A DNA stretch of 64,000 nucleotides from a virus (Duplodnaviria; Caudoviricetes): positions 1 to 64,000 of the IMG/VR virus record IMGVR_UViG_3300032030_000035, one strand, 5' to 3'. The notes beneath the pieces were generated by a model, which saw only the letters and a program-made list of their open reading frames with translations, ran no database searches and was not told the origin of the DNA. The position numbers and the translations under genes are program-made. Shown one piece after another: positions 27,994 through 37,031 of this stretch. Every line of letters begins with the position of its first letter. Within the stretch, counting starts at the first letter, position 1.

Positions 27994-30900
27994 ATGAGCA
28001 GAATGGAATGTCATAGCCATACGATGTACAGTAATATTCGATTACTAGATGCTACTAACAAGCCTAAAGAATTAATTGATAAAGCTATTGAGTTAGGGTT
28101 ATCAGGTATCGCAATTACCGACCATGAATGTCTATCATGTCATATTGAAGTAAATATGTATAGCCAGAAGTTAAAAGAGAAATTTCCAGATTTCAAAGTG
28201 GCTCTTGGAAATGAAATTTATTTAACTGATAATAGAGAAAGTAATCAGAAATATTTTCATTTTATACTTGTGGCTAAAGATAAAGAAGGACATAAGCAGC
28301 TTAGAAAATTATCAAGCGTAGCTTGGATGAATTCATATTATGATAGAGGTATGGAAAGAGTTCCAACCTTAAAAAGTGAGTTATCAGAAGTAGTTAAAGC
28401 AAATCCTGGTCATCTTATTGCTACTACTGCTTGTATTGGTGGTGAGTTAGGTAGTAATATTTTGAATCTTGAAATTGCAAGAAAAGTTGGAGATAAGCAA
28501 ACTGAGTCAGTTTGTAAACAAAATATTATTGATTTTGTTCTTTTCTGTAAAGATTTATTTGGTGATGATTTTTATTTTGAGGTAGCTCCTGCCGCAAACA
28601 AAGAACAGATTATCGTTAATAAGAAAATAGCTGAGTTATCAGTTGTTTTTGGAGTTAAAATGATAATTGGTTCAGATGCACATTATCTCACAAAAGAAGA
28701 TAGATATGTCCATGAGGCTTTTCTTAACTCAAAAGGTGGAGAAAGAGAAGTCGCACAGTTTTATGAATATGCTTATCTCCAGACAGAAGAAGAGATAAAA
28801 GAAAATTTAGCTCCTTCTATTGTGGATTTGTATGATCAAATGTGCAAAAATAGTATGGAGATTTATGATAAAATTGAAGATTATGATTTAACTCATCCCC
28901 AGGTTATTCCTTCTGTTGAGATTGAGGATTATCCTAAAGCAGAAAAAAATGTTGAATGGGATGGTTTTGATAAAAAATATCCTATTTTAACATCAATGCA
29001 CTATTCTGATGATAAATATGAAAGATATTGGGTAAATGAATGTTTAAATCAATTAACTTTTAAAGGATTATATAAAGACGAATATCTTTCTCGACTTGAA
29101 GAAGAAGCTGATATAAAAAGAACAATAGGTGAGAAATTAGGAACTAATATGTTCTGTTATCCAATAACACTTCAGCATTATGTAGATTTGTTTTGGAAGT
29201 GTGGTAGTATGGTTGGTGCGGGAAGAGGTTCTTCTTGTTCTGGTCTTAACCATTATCTGTTAGGAGTTACACAGCTTGATCCGATCGAGTGGAACCTTCC
29301 ATTCTGGAGATATCTGAACAAGGAAAGATATGAATTAGGTGATATTGACCTTGATTTATGCCCATCTAAGAGACCTATGATTCTTAATGAGATTAAAAAG
29401 GAAAGAGGTAGAAACTTCTTACCAGAGATAGACGATTTAACAAGACAGAATTGTGGTTGTACATTAATAGCAACTTTCGGTACTGAAACAACTAAATCTG
29501 CAATTCAAACAGCTTGTAGAGGATATAGAAGTGAAGAATTTCCAGAAGGTATTGATGTTGATACAGCACAGTATCTTTCATCATTAATTCCTCAGGAGAG
29601 AGGATTCTTATGGGACCTCCACACTGTTGTTTATGGTGATGCATCTAAAGGTAGAAAGCCGGTAACAGCTTTTATCAATGAAGTTAATTTATATCCGGGA
29701 TTGCTTCAGATTATGTTTGGTATCGAAGGACTTATATCTCGAAGAGGTTCTCACGCTTCTGGAGTTATTATGTTTGATGAAGATCCCTATGAGTTTGGAT
29801 GTTTTATGAAAACTCCTAGCGGAGATATTATAACTCAGTATGACCTCCATATGGCGGAAGCCGCAGGTATGACAAAGTATGACTTCTTGGTAACACAGGT
29901 ACAGGATAAGTTAGTACAGGCAATAAAGTTTTTACAGGAAGATGGACAAATTGAAAGCGACCTGTCATTAAGAGAGGTATATAATAAATATTTTCATCCT
30001 AGTGTTCTTCCAATAGAAGATAAAGCTATTTGGAAAAATATTCAGGATGTAAAGATACTTGACTTGTTCCAGTTTGATAGTACTGTTGGTAGTCAGAGTG
30101 CGAAAAAAATTAAACCTACAAATATTTTGGAACTCGCAGATGCTAATGGTTTGATGCGATTAATGACTAGTGAAGATGGCGGCGAGCAGCCTATAGATAA
30201 ATATGTTCGTTTCAAGAATAATATCGAGTTATGGTATGATGAAATGAGGAGATACGGTTTAACTGATGAAGAAATGGAAACTCTTAAACCGCATTTCTTA
30301 AAGTCACATGGTGTACCGCCCTCACAGGAACAGCTAATGACAATGTTAATGGACCCTAAGATTTGTAACTTTAGTCTTAAAGATGCAAACGCTGCTCGTA
30401 AAATTGTTGGTAAGAAGCAGATGGATAAAATTCCTAGTCTACATAAGCAAGTTTTAGAGCAGGCGGCAAGACCTGAACTCGGTAAATATATATGGGAATG
30501 TGGTATTGGACCTCAGATGGGTTATAGTTTCTCAGTTATCCATGCATTAGCATATAGTTTTATTGGATATCAGACAGCTTATATTGCAACCAAGTGGAGT
30601 CCTATATATTGGGATGCTGCATGTCTTGTAGTTAACAGTGGTTCTCTTGGAGGGGAAGAAGAAAGCGAATCAGATGCAGATGAGGATAAGAAAAAAGAAA
30701 AAGGTACTGATTATGCAAAGATAGCTCGTGCGATAGGAGCAATTAAGACAAAAGGTATAGATGTATCATTAGTAAATATCAATACTTCTGATTATAGCTT
30801 TAAACCTGATGTTAAAAATAATCGTATCCTGTATGGTTTAAAAGCATTAAGTAATATTAGTGATGATACCGTAGTCAAGATTAAAGCGGGAAGACCTTAT

Positions 30901-31941
30901 TCTAATATTAAGGATTTTATGCGGAGATGTCCTTTGACAACTCAGCCTATGATAAGCCTTATTAAAGGTGGAGCTTTCGACGAAGTCGATGAAGATTTAG
31001 ACCATGATAGAAGAAAAATAATGGCATTTTATTTAATGAATAGTTGTGATGCAAAGAAAAGAATTACATTACAGAATTTTAAAATGCTCATTGAAAAGAA
31101 TCTTGTTCCAGATTATTTAACAGAACAGATAAGATTATTTAATCTTAATGCTTATTTAAAAAAGAATAAGAATAAAGAGTATTATAATCTTGATGATTCT
31201 GTATTAACCTGTTTTAATAATCATTATAATAGTTGTAATGAAATGGTTAAAATTATAGATGGAAAATCTTTGATTCTGCAAACAGATTGGGATAAATTTT
31301 ATAAGGTTAATATGGAACCGGCAAGAGAATGGACAAAGGAAAAGCAGGATGAGGTATTATATCTCCTTAATAAAGCATTATTTATGGATGCTTGGGAGAA
31401 ATATGCCATAGGTAATACTTCTCACTGGGAAATGTCAGCACTTTGCTTCTATCATGGTAAACATGAATTAGCAGATGTGCAGAAAACGAAATATGGTATA
31501 AAAGATTTTGTTGATTTACCTGCGGAGCCTGAAGTTGATTATTATCTCAAACGTGCGGGAAGACAAATTCCTATTTATAAGTTAACTCGTATAATTGGTA
31601 CGGTTATTATGAAAAATGATAGTCGTTCATCTGTAACAATATTAACAACAACAGGTGTTGTTGATGTTAAGTTTACTCGGGACTATTATGCCATGTTTAA
31701 AAAGCAGATTAGTGCAATAGGGGAAGATGGTAAAAAGCACGTTATTGAAAAATCTTGGTTTACCAGAGGTAGCAAGATAATGGTAACGGGATTTAGACGA
31801 GATAATCAGTTTGTTGGTAAGACTTATGCGAATACAGAAGGACATCAGTTATATAAGATAACAGATGTTATCGGTGACGGTATTAAGTTGCAGCATGAGA
31901 GATTTAGCGGAATTGAAGAAGATAATGAATATGATGAGTAG
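27994..31941 (+). CDS. dnaE: DNA polymerase III alpha subunit (family C)
   Basis: PHP domain (HSHT..S, TDHE, DAHY), GAGRGS, DIDLD, HASG, KYDFL, YSF...HA, C-terminal OB fold. Confidence 0.95.
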   Translation: MSRMECHSHTMYSNIRLLDATNKPKELIDKAIELGLSGIAITDHECLSCHIEVNMYSQKLKEKFPDFKVALGNEIYLTDNRESNQKYFHFILVAKDKEGHKQLRKLSSVAWMNSYYDRGMERVPTLKSELSEVVKANPGHLIATTACIGGELGSNILNLEIARKVGDKQTESVCKQNIIDFVLFCKDLFGDDFYFEVAPAANKEQIIVNKKIAELSVVFGVKMIIGSDAHYLTKEDRYVHEAFLNSKGGEREVAQFYEYAYLQTEEEIKENLAPSIVDLYDQMCKNSMEIYDKIEDYDLTHPQVIPSVEIEDYPKAEKNVEWDGFDKKYPILTSMHYSDDKYERYWVNECLNQLTFKGLYKDEYLSRLEEEADIKRTIGEKLGTNMFCYPITLQHYVDLFWKCGSMVGAGRGSSCSGLNHYLLGVTQLDPIEWNLPFWRYLNKERYELGDIDLDLCPSKRPMILNEIKKERGRNFLPEIDDLTRQNCGCTLIATFGTETTKSAIQTACRGYRSEEFPEGIDVDTAQYLSSLIPQERGFLWDLHTVVYGDASKGRKPVTAFINEVNLYPGLLQIMFGIEGLISRRGSHASGVIMFDEDPYEFGCFMKTPSGDIITQYDLHMAEAAGMTKYDFLVTQVQDKLVQAIKFLQEDGQIESDLSLREVYNKYFHPSVLPIEDKAIWKNIQDVKILDLFQFDSTVGSQSAKKIKPTNILELADANGLMRLMTSEDGGEQPIDKYVRFKNNIELWYDEMRRYGLTDEEMETLKPHFLKSHGVPPSQEQLMTMLMDPKICNFSLKDANAARKIVGKKQMDKIPSLHKQVLEQAARPELGKYIWECGIGPQMGYSFSVIHALAYSFIGYQTAYIATKWSPIYWDAACLVVNSGSLGGEEESESDADEDKKKEKGTDYAKIARAIGAIKTKGIDVSLVNINTSDYSFKPDVKNNRILYGLKALSNISDDTVVKIKAGRPYSNIKDFMRRCPLTTQPMISLIKGGAFDEVDEDLDHDRRKIMAFYLMNSCDAKKRITLQNFKMLIEKNLVPDYLTEQIRLFNLNAYLKKNKNKEYYNLDDSVLTCFNNHYNSCNEMVKIIDGKSLILQTDWDKFYKVNMEPAREWTKEKQDEVLYLLNKALFMDAWEKYAIGNTSHWEMSALCFYHGKHELADVQKTKYGIKDFVDLPAEPEVDYYLKRAGRQIPIYKLTRIIGTVIMKNDSRSSVTILTTTGVVDVKFTRDYYAMFKKQISAIGEDGKKHVIEKSWFTRGSKIMVTGFRRDNQFVGKTYANTEGHQLYKITDVIGDGIKLQHERFSGIEEDNEYDE

Positions 31942-32007
31942 GGCGGCAGCCATACAAGATATTGTATGAAAATTAAAAAAGTAATACAATATCTTGTGCC
32001 TCCCGCC
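31942..32007 (+). promoter_or_regulatory. Intergenic structured element ahead of an RBS
   Basis: Perfect 14-bp inverted repeat (31954-31967 / 31984-31997), closed by GGCGG/CCGCC. Confidence 0.5.
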
Positions 32008-32023
32008 GCAAGGAGAAATAAAA

Positions 32024-32461
32024 ATGGAAGATAATAAATGTTATGCTTGGGCAGATAAAGATACTTTTATGGAAATTCCATCATTAGATAATTTATGCAA
32101 AGCACTTAAATATAAATTTACAAAACAAGATGAAACTATAGAAAAACTAAAAAAGGAAAATCAAGAGTTAAAAGAAGAGGCTTGGAAGGATAAAAAACTT
32201 CAAGAAATGGAAGAAAAACTTAAAAGAATGAAAGAAGAATATCGTTTAGGTTTTCCCATTTCTAAAGAAGACTATGAAAAAGCAAACAATTGGATAATCC
32301 AACATGAAAAAGAAAAGCATAGTCTATTCAACAAAGCCTATTCCCGCGGAGGAGCTATTGGAGGTTCTTACAGTTGGGAATTTATTCCAACTAGTATAGG
32401 AACTTTTGGTACTGTTAGATGTACTTGCGGAGATAGTTTTGATTTTCAAGAAGAGTATTAA
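32024..32461 (+). CDS. Hypothetical coiled-coil protein with C-terminal CxC
   Basis: AAGGAG at 32010 supports ATG 32024; GAIGGSY..F.PTSIG..C.CG. Confidence 0.7.
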   Translation: MEDNKCYAWADKDTFMEIPSLDNLCKALKYKFTKQDETIEKLKKENQELKEEAWKDKKLQEMEEKLKRMKEEYRLGFPISKEDYEKANNWIIQHEKEKHSLFNKAYSRGGAIGGSYSWEFIPTSIGTFGTVRCTCGDSFDFQEEY

Positions 32462-32475
32462 AAAGGAGAACATTA

Positions 32476-32769
32476 ATGAAAATATTTAGTATGCCTAGAC
32501 AACATGGAAAAACAACTTTACTTATTGTATTAAGTCATTTTACCAATGCAAGAATAATTACTGCAACAGTACAAAGTGCAAGAAGTGTAGAGGAATTAGC
32601 TAAAAGAATGAATTTATCTATTCCTACTCCTTTGGACTATACAACTTTTTTATATGGAGAAGGGCGAGGAACAAAAGAAAATAAAATTTTAATAGATGAA
32701 CTTGATTGGATTTTAAGACGAATTTTCTACAATAGTGAAATTTTAGCAGCAACAAGAACGGAGGAGTAA
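32476..32769 (+). CDS. Minimal P-loop protein (97 aa)
   Basis: PRQHGKTT (Walker A-like) and ILIDE (Walker B-like). Confidence 0.6.
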   Translation: MKIFSMPRQHGKTTLLIVLSHFTNARIITATVQSARSVEELAKRMNLSIPTPLDYTTFLYGEGRGTKENKILIDELDWILRRIFYNSEILAATRTEE

Positions 32770-32772
32770 ATA

Positions 32773-33008
32773 ATGGAAAATAATAATGTTGACCATCCTA
32801 AGCACTATACAAGAGAAGGTGGTATGGAGTGTATCGACGAGATGTTGCTTATATTTGGAACTGAGTGGTTAAAAATTTCTGCGTACTGAATGCATGGAAA
32901 TATTGTTATCGCTCTAGCGCCAAAAATGGAGAAGAGGATATTAAAAAAAGTGATTGGTATATTAATAAGTACCATGAAATACTTGCTCTTGAACACAAGG
33001 TAGAATAG
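32773..33008 (+). pseudogene. DUF3310 (T7 gp1.7-like) gene with a 1-nt frameshift
   Basis: MENNNVDHPKHYTREGGMECIDEM...FGTE, continuing in the shifted frame as VKNFCVLNAWKYCYRSSAKNGEEDIKKSDWY. Confidence 0.75.
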
Positions 33009-33024
33009 CGATACAATACCTAGT

Positions 33025-33066
33025 GGACTAATAAATATAATTTCACAGAAAAGATTTTTATATATA
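33025..33066 (+). promoter_or_regulatory. Putative phage-specific (class II) promoter
   Basis: GGAC-N9-TAAT-N16-TTATATATA. Confidence 0.55.
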
Positions 33067-33111
33067 GTTATAAGCCCTAAAAATAATTTAAATAAATAGG
33101 AGGAAAAACAT

Positions 33112-35421
33112 ATGAAAATCCAAAAACGAGATGGTACTTATCAAGAGTTCGATAGAAATAAAATCATTGATGCTATCTTAGCTGCTTTTGAAGAAGTAGA
33201 CGGAGATGTAGATGATTATGCCATTATTAAAGCTGGAAATATCGCTGATTATATTGGCGATTTAGCAGAAACCAAGACTCTTGGAATCGAAGAAATCCAG
33301 GATTTAGTTGAACATGGATTATCAAGCACTAAACGAAAGGATGTAGCAAAAGCTTATATTCTTTATCGAGATAAAAGAACAAGAGAAAGAAATAGAAACA
33401 ATGAATTAACCAAAGAAATTGGTGATGCATTATTCGCAAAGAATGTTGAAAATTCTAATGCTAATATGGATGAACATAGTTTTGGTGGCAAGTGGGGCGC
33501 CGCATCTTCAGTTATGACTAAAGATTATGCTCTAAACTATATGCTATCTGATAAGGCTAGAAAAAATCATTTACAGAATAGAATTTATATTCACGATTTA
33601 GACCACTATGCTCTTGGTGACCATAACTGTTTAACTATTCCTTTTGACGATTTACTGGCTAAGGGATTCAATACAAGACAAACTGATGTTAGACCTGCAA
33701 ACAGTATAAACACAGCATTTCAGTTATTAGCAGTTATATTCCAGTTGCAGAGCCTTAATCAGTTTGGTGGAGTTTCAGCTTCACACTTAGACTGGACTAT
33801 GGTTCCATACGTAAAGAAAAGTTTCTTTAAGCACTATCTATTAGAGTATTTAAAGGATAGAGATGATTTCTATGAGTTAGACTTAGAAGAAATGACCGAA
33901 GAAGAATTAGATGAATGGGTTGCAAAAAATAAAGCATATTATTTATCAAAATTCAATCTTAAAGAAGAAGATTTTTATATCGGAACCGATGCGCCTCTTG
34001 ATAAAAAATATTATAAAAGAGGTTTATTTGAAACTAGAAAAGAATTAAAACAAGCGGTTGAAGGTATGTTCCATAACTTAAACACACTGCAATCGCGTTC
34101 GGGTTGCCAGCTACCATTTACTTCAATAAACTATGGTACTTGCACACTTCCCGAAGGACGTATGGTAATAAAAGCATTATTAAATGGTACATTAAATGGT
34201 GTAGGTAAATTCCATAAGACAAGTGTTTTTCCTTGTTGTATTTTTCAATATATGAAAGGTGTCAATGATGAACCTGGCACTCCTAACTATGATTTATTTA
34301 AACTTGCCATTAAAGCAACTGCACAGAGACTGTATCCAAATTACGCTAACGTAGACTGGTCAGGTAATGCTGGATACGACCCCAATGATCCTCGTACTTA
34401 CTTTAGTACGATGGGCTGCAGAACCGCTAACGGCTGGGATATAAATGGATTCGGGCAGTTAAAGGATGGCAGAGGTAACATTTGTCCTGTAACCATTATC
34501 CTTCCAACTTTAGCGATGGAAGCAAAAGAGCTTGCTAATGAAAGAGGAATAGATATCATAACCTTCCCTGAGCGATTACAACGTTGTTTTATGGAATTAC
34601 TCGATGAAGCTATTTCAGATGCTAAAGATATGCTCATTGAGCGTTTTAACTATATCTGTAGTCAAGATGCATCTTCCGCAAAATTTATGTATGAAAATGG
34701 TACTATGGCTGGTTACGTACCCGAAGAAGGTATACGTTCAGCACTTAAACATGGCACTTTAGCAGTTGGACAGTTAGGATTAGCCGAATGTCTACAAGCC
34801 TTAATTGGTTGTGACCAAACTGAAGAACGTGGAATGGCATTAGCAAAAGAAATTGAACAGTTATTTAAAGACCGCTGTGCCCAGTTTAAAGAAAAGTATA
34901 AGCTAAACTTTGGCGTTTATTATACCCCTGCCGAAAATTTATGCTATACTGCAATGAAGAAATTCAAAGCTACTTATGGAGAAATTCCTAACGTCAGTGA
35001 TAGAGAATATTTCACTAACAGTATCCATGTACCTGTATGGAGAGAAATTTCACCAATAGAGAAAATAAATATTGAGAGTCAGTTAACTGGATATAGTTCT
35101 GCGGGATGTATTACTTATGTAGAACTTGAAGGAAGTGCTAAACATAATTTAGACGCACTTGAATCAATTATTAAATATGCTATGGATAAAGATGTTCCAT
35201 ATTTTGCTATTAACGTACCTAATGACTTGTGTTTAGAATGCGGTTATTCAGATGAGATGAATGACACCTGTCCGCAGTGTGGTAGTGATAATATTCAACG
35301 ACTTCGTAGAGTGACAGGTTATTTAACAGGTGACTACCGTACGGCATTTAATCCTGGTAAAATAGCCGAAACGGAACAGCGTTTTAAACATAGTAAAAAG
35401 ATTCCAGGTTGGAAATCTTAA
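33112..35421 (+). CDS. nrdD: Anaerobic (class III) ribonucleoside-triphosphate reductase with ATP cone
   Basis: ATP cone KRDG; HDLD, NC, MGCRT, TPAE, YFTNS, two CxxC, glycyl-radical motif RVTGYL. Confidence 0.95.
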   Translation: MKIQKRDGTYQEFDRNKIIDAILAAFEEVDGDVDDYAIIKAGNIADYIGDLAETKTLGIEEIQDLVEHGLSSTKRKDVAKAYILYRDKRTRERNRNNELTKEIGDALFAKNVENSNANMDEHSFGGKWGAASSVMTKDYALNYMLSDKARKNHLQNRIYIHDLDHYALGDHNCLTIPFDDLLAKGFNTRQTDVRPANSINTAFQLLAVIFQLQSLNQFGGVSASHLDWTMVPYVKKSFFKHYLLEYLKDRDDFYELDLEEMTEEELDEWVAKNKAYYLSKFNLKEEDFYIGTDAPLDKKYYKRGLFETRKELKQAVEGMFHNLNTLQSRSGCQLPFTSINYGTCTLPEGRMVIKALLNGTLNGVGKFHKTSVFPCCIFQYMKGVNDEPGTPNYDLFKLAIKATAQRLYPNYANVDWSGNAGYDPNDPRTYFSTMGCRTANGWDINGFGQLKDGRGNICPVTIILPTLAMEAKELANERGIDIITFPERLQRCFMELLDEAISDAKDMLIERFNYICSQDASSAKFMYENGTMAGYVPEEGIRSALKHGTLAVGQLGLAECLQALIGCDQTEERGMALAKEIEQLFKDRCAQFKEKYKLNFGVYYTPAENLCYTAMKKFKATYGEIPNVSDREYFTNSIHVPVWREISPIEKINIESQLTGYSSAGCITYVELEGSAKHNLDALESIIKYAMDKDVPYFAINVPNDLCLECGYSDEMNDTCPQCGSDNIQRLRRVTGYLTGDYRTAFNPGKIAETEQRFKHSKKIPGWKS

Positions 35422-35438
35422 AAAAATTATGTTATAAT
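35410..35438 (+). promoter_or_regulatory. Sigma-A type promoter, extended -10
   Basis: TGGAAA-N17-TATAAT with TG. Confidence 0.6.
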
Positions 35439-35467
35439 TTTTATATAAATAAAAGGAGTTTTTAAAA

Positions 35468-35851
35468 ATGAGTGAAGAAGGAATATCTAAATATGATTAC
35501 ATGAAAGCATGTATGAAACAGATAGAGACTCCACTTGATCCTATCACTGTTATGACTAATCTTGATGAAATTGCAGATAAAGTAATTAACTTCGCTGATT
35601 ATTATATGTTACTTTGTAAAGAGAGAAGTGACTATACTGTAATTCATTTAACTCATAAAGCTCCCGCTGAAGAAGAAAAAAAATCATTTAAGGAACTCCT
35701 CTTAGACTGTTTTCAGTCAAGAGGAGCAATTATAGATATGCGGGATGGGGTAGAAGATAACTCATGGGAGATATGGTTAAGAGATACTATCACTAAAGAG
35801 GATGTAATGTATATATTATTTAATTATAGTTTTGGAGTTGAAGAAATATAG
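35468..35851 (+). CDS. Hypothetical protein
   Basis: RBS; YYMLLCKE..DYT..WEIW motif. Confidence 0.7.
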   Translation: MSEEGISKYDYMKACMKQIETPLDPITVMTNLDEIADKVINFADYYMLLCKERSDYTVIHLTHKAPAEEEKKSFKELLLDCFQSRGAIIDMRDGVEDNSWEIWLRDTITKEDVMYILFNYSFGVEEI

Positions 35852-35862
35852 GAGGTATTAAA

Positions 35863-36147
35863 ATGTCGGCAGATGTTAATATGGTAATATTTTTTGCCCC
35901 TTTCTGTATGAAACAAACTATAACATTTTTCATAGGCGATAAGCAAATTTCAACTTATTCAGTTGGAATAAATGAAATAGAGTCTATTTTTAAACTCGCT
36001 AAAAGTCAGTATAATGTAAAAACAATTACATATTCAAATGAAAAAATGTTTAAAGCTCGTTTTGAACGAATGGCGGCTTCTTATTTCCCAAATGCTATTC
36101 AAGGTAAAACCCATAAATATAATAAAAATAAAAAGAAGGAGAACTAA
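35863..36147 (+). CDS. Hypothetical protein
   Basis: AGGAGG RBS. Confidence 0.65.
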   Translation: MSADVNMVIFFAPFCMKQTITFFIGDKQISTYSVGINEIESIFKLAKSQYNVKTITYSNEKMFKARFERMAASYFPNAIQGKTHKYNKNKKKEN

Positions 36148-36150
36148 TAA

Positions 36151-36447
36151 ATGAAATTTTTAACAAAAGTAACAGAAGTTTACAGAGTAGGTTCAGAAAA
36201 TGAGGCAGCCGCACTTATTGCAGATGCTAAGAAAGATGGTCGTTTTACACTCTCTAAGTCATCAACAGAGTATAAAACAGTAAAGCAGAAGGGCGAAATT
36301 ATCGACGAGTATTGGTTAACTACACTTGTAAAACAGTTTACCGATGCAAAAGATCCAGATTGTACTGTAGATGTACAGTATATTTATGACCAAGGAGTTT
36401 TTCCGGAGGTAAATAGTGATAATGATACAGAAGAGGATGAAGAATAA
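36151..36447 (+). CDS. Hypothetical protein with acidic tail
   Basis: AAGGAG RBS. Confidence 0.7.
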   Translation: MKFLTKVTEVYRVGSENEAAALIADAKKDGRFTLSKSSTEYKTVKQKGEIIDEYWLTTLVKQFTDAKDPDCTVDVQYIYDQGVFPEVNSDNDTEEDEE

Positions 36448-36448
36448 T

Positions 36449-36910
36449 ATGGGAGAGTGTTGTTCAAAAAAGGTTTATCTCGCAGAAGTAAAGAAACTGC
36501 GGGAAGACGCGGTACTGCCAGTTTTAGGTAGTAACTTTTCAGCTGGATATGATTTATCTGCGGCTATAGATGGGGATATAATTATTGCACCAGGTACTTG
36601 TGAGAAAGTTAGTACAGGTTTAGCAATAACCCCTCCAGAGGGTTATTTTGGTGCAATCTTTGCTAGAAGTGGTATGGCTACAAAACGAGGATTAAGACCT
36701 AGTAACTGTGTCGGTATTTGCGATGCCGATTATACTGGACCCTATATCGTAGCCCTTTACAATGATAGCGATGAACCGCAAATAATCCATAATGGTGATA
36801 GAATTGCTCAGTTAGTATTTTTACCTTATATTCATCCCGTATTTATGGAAGTTGATGAATTAAATCCTACCGATAGAGGCGATGGCGGTTTCGGTCATAC
36901 AGGAATTTAA
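36449..36910 (+). CDS. dut: Trimeric dUTPase
   Basis: All five motifs: AGYDL, RSG, DADYTG, RIAQ, RG.GGFG.TG. Confidence 0.95.
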   Translation: MGECCSKKVYLAEVKKLREDAVLPVLGSNFSAGYDLSAAIDGDIIIAPGTCEKVSTGLAITPPEGYFGAIFARSGMATKRGLRPSNCVGICDADYTGPYIVALYNDSDEPQIIHNGDRIAQLVFLPYIHPVFMEVDELNPTDRGDGGFGHTGI

Positions 36911-36915
36911 TAATC

Positions 36916-36957
36916 GGTCAAAAATACTCAATATTTTCTTTTCAAAATTGAAATATA
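36916..36957 (+). promoter_or_regulatory. Putative phage-specific (class II) promoter
   Basis: GGTC-N9-CAAT-N16-TGAAATATA. Confidence 0.55.
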
Positions 36958-36968
36958 TAAAGAAATAT

Positions 36969-37003
36969 AAAAGTCTCCTTTTATAAGGAGACTTTTTTCT
37001 TTT
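36969..37003 (+). terminator. Terminator-like hairpin in the tail fibre leader
   Basis: AAAAGTCTCCTT-ttat-AAGGAGACTTTT followed by TTCTTTT. Confidence 0.6.
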
Positions 37004-37031
37004 ATATAATTTTTGGAGGAAAGGAGATAAA

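Noticed and set aside
32860-32890. Programmed frameshift in the DUF3310 gene
   Set aside because: No canonical X XXY YYZ heptamer or stimulatory structure. A single-base deletion explains it more simply.
27994-35421. Inteins or introns in dnaE and nrdD (also checked gyrase and helicase)
   Set aside because: ORFs are continuous and of normal size, with no C...HN splice motifs or LAGLIDADG blocks seen.
11391-36448. Longer ORF-track starts at 11391, 14005, 24313, 26323, 31994 and 36416
   Set aside because: Downstream ATGs (11421, 14011, 24328, 26338, 32024, 36449) have better RBS spacing and avoid overlaps.
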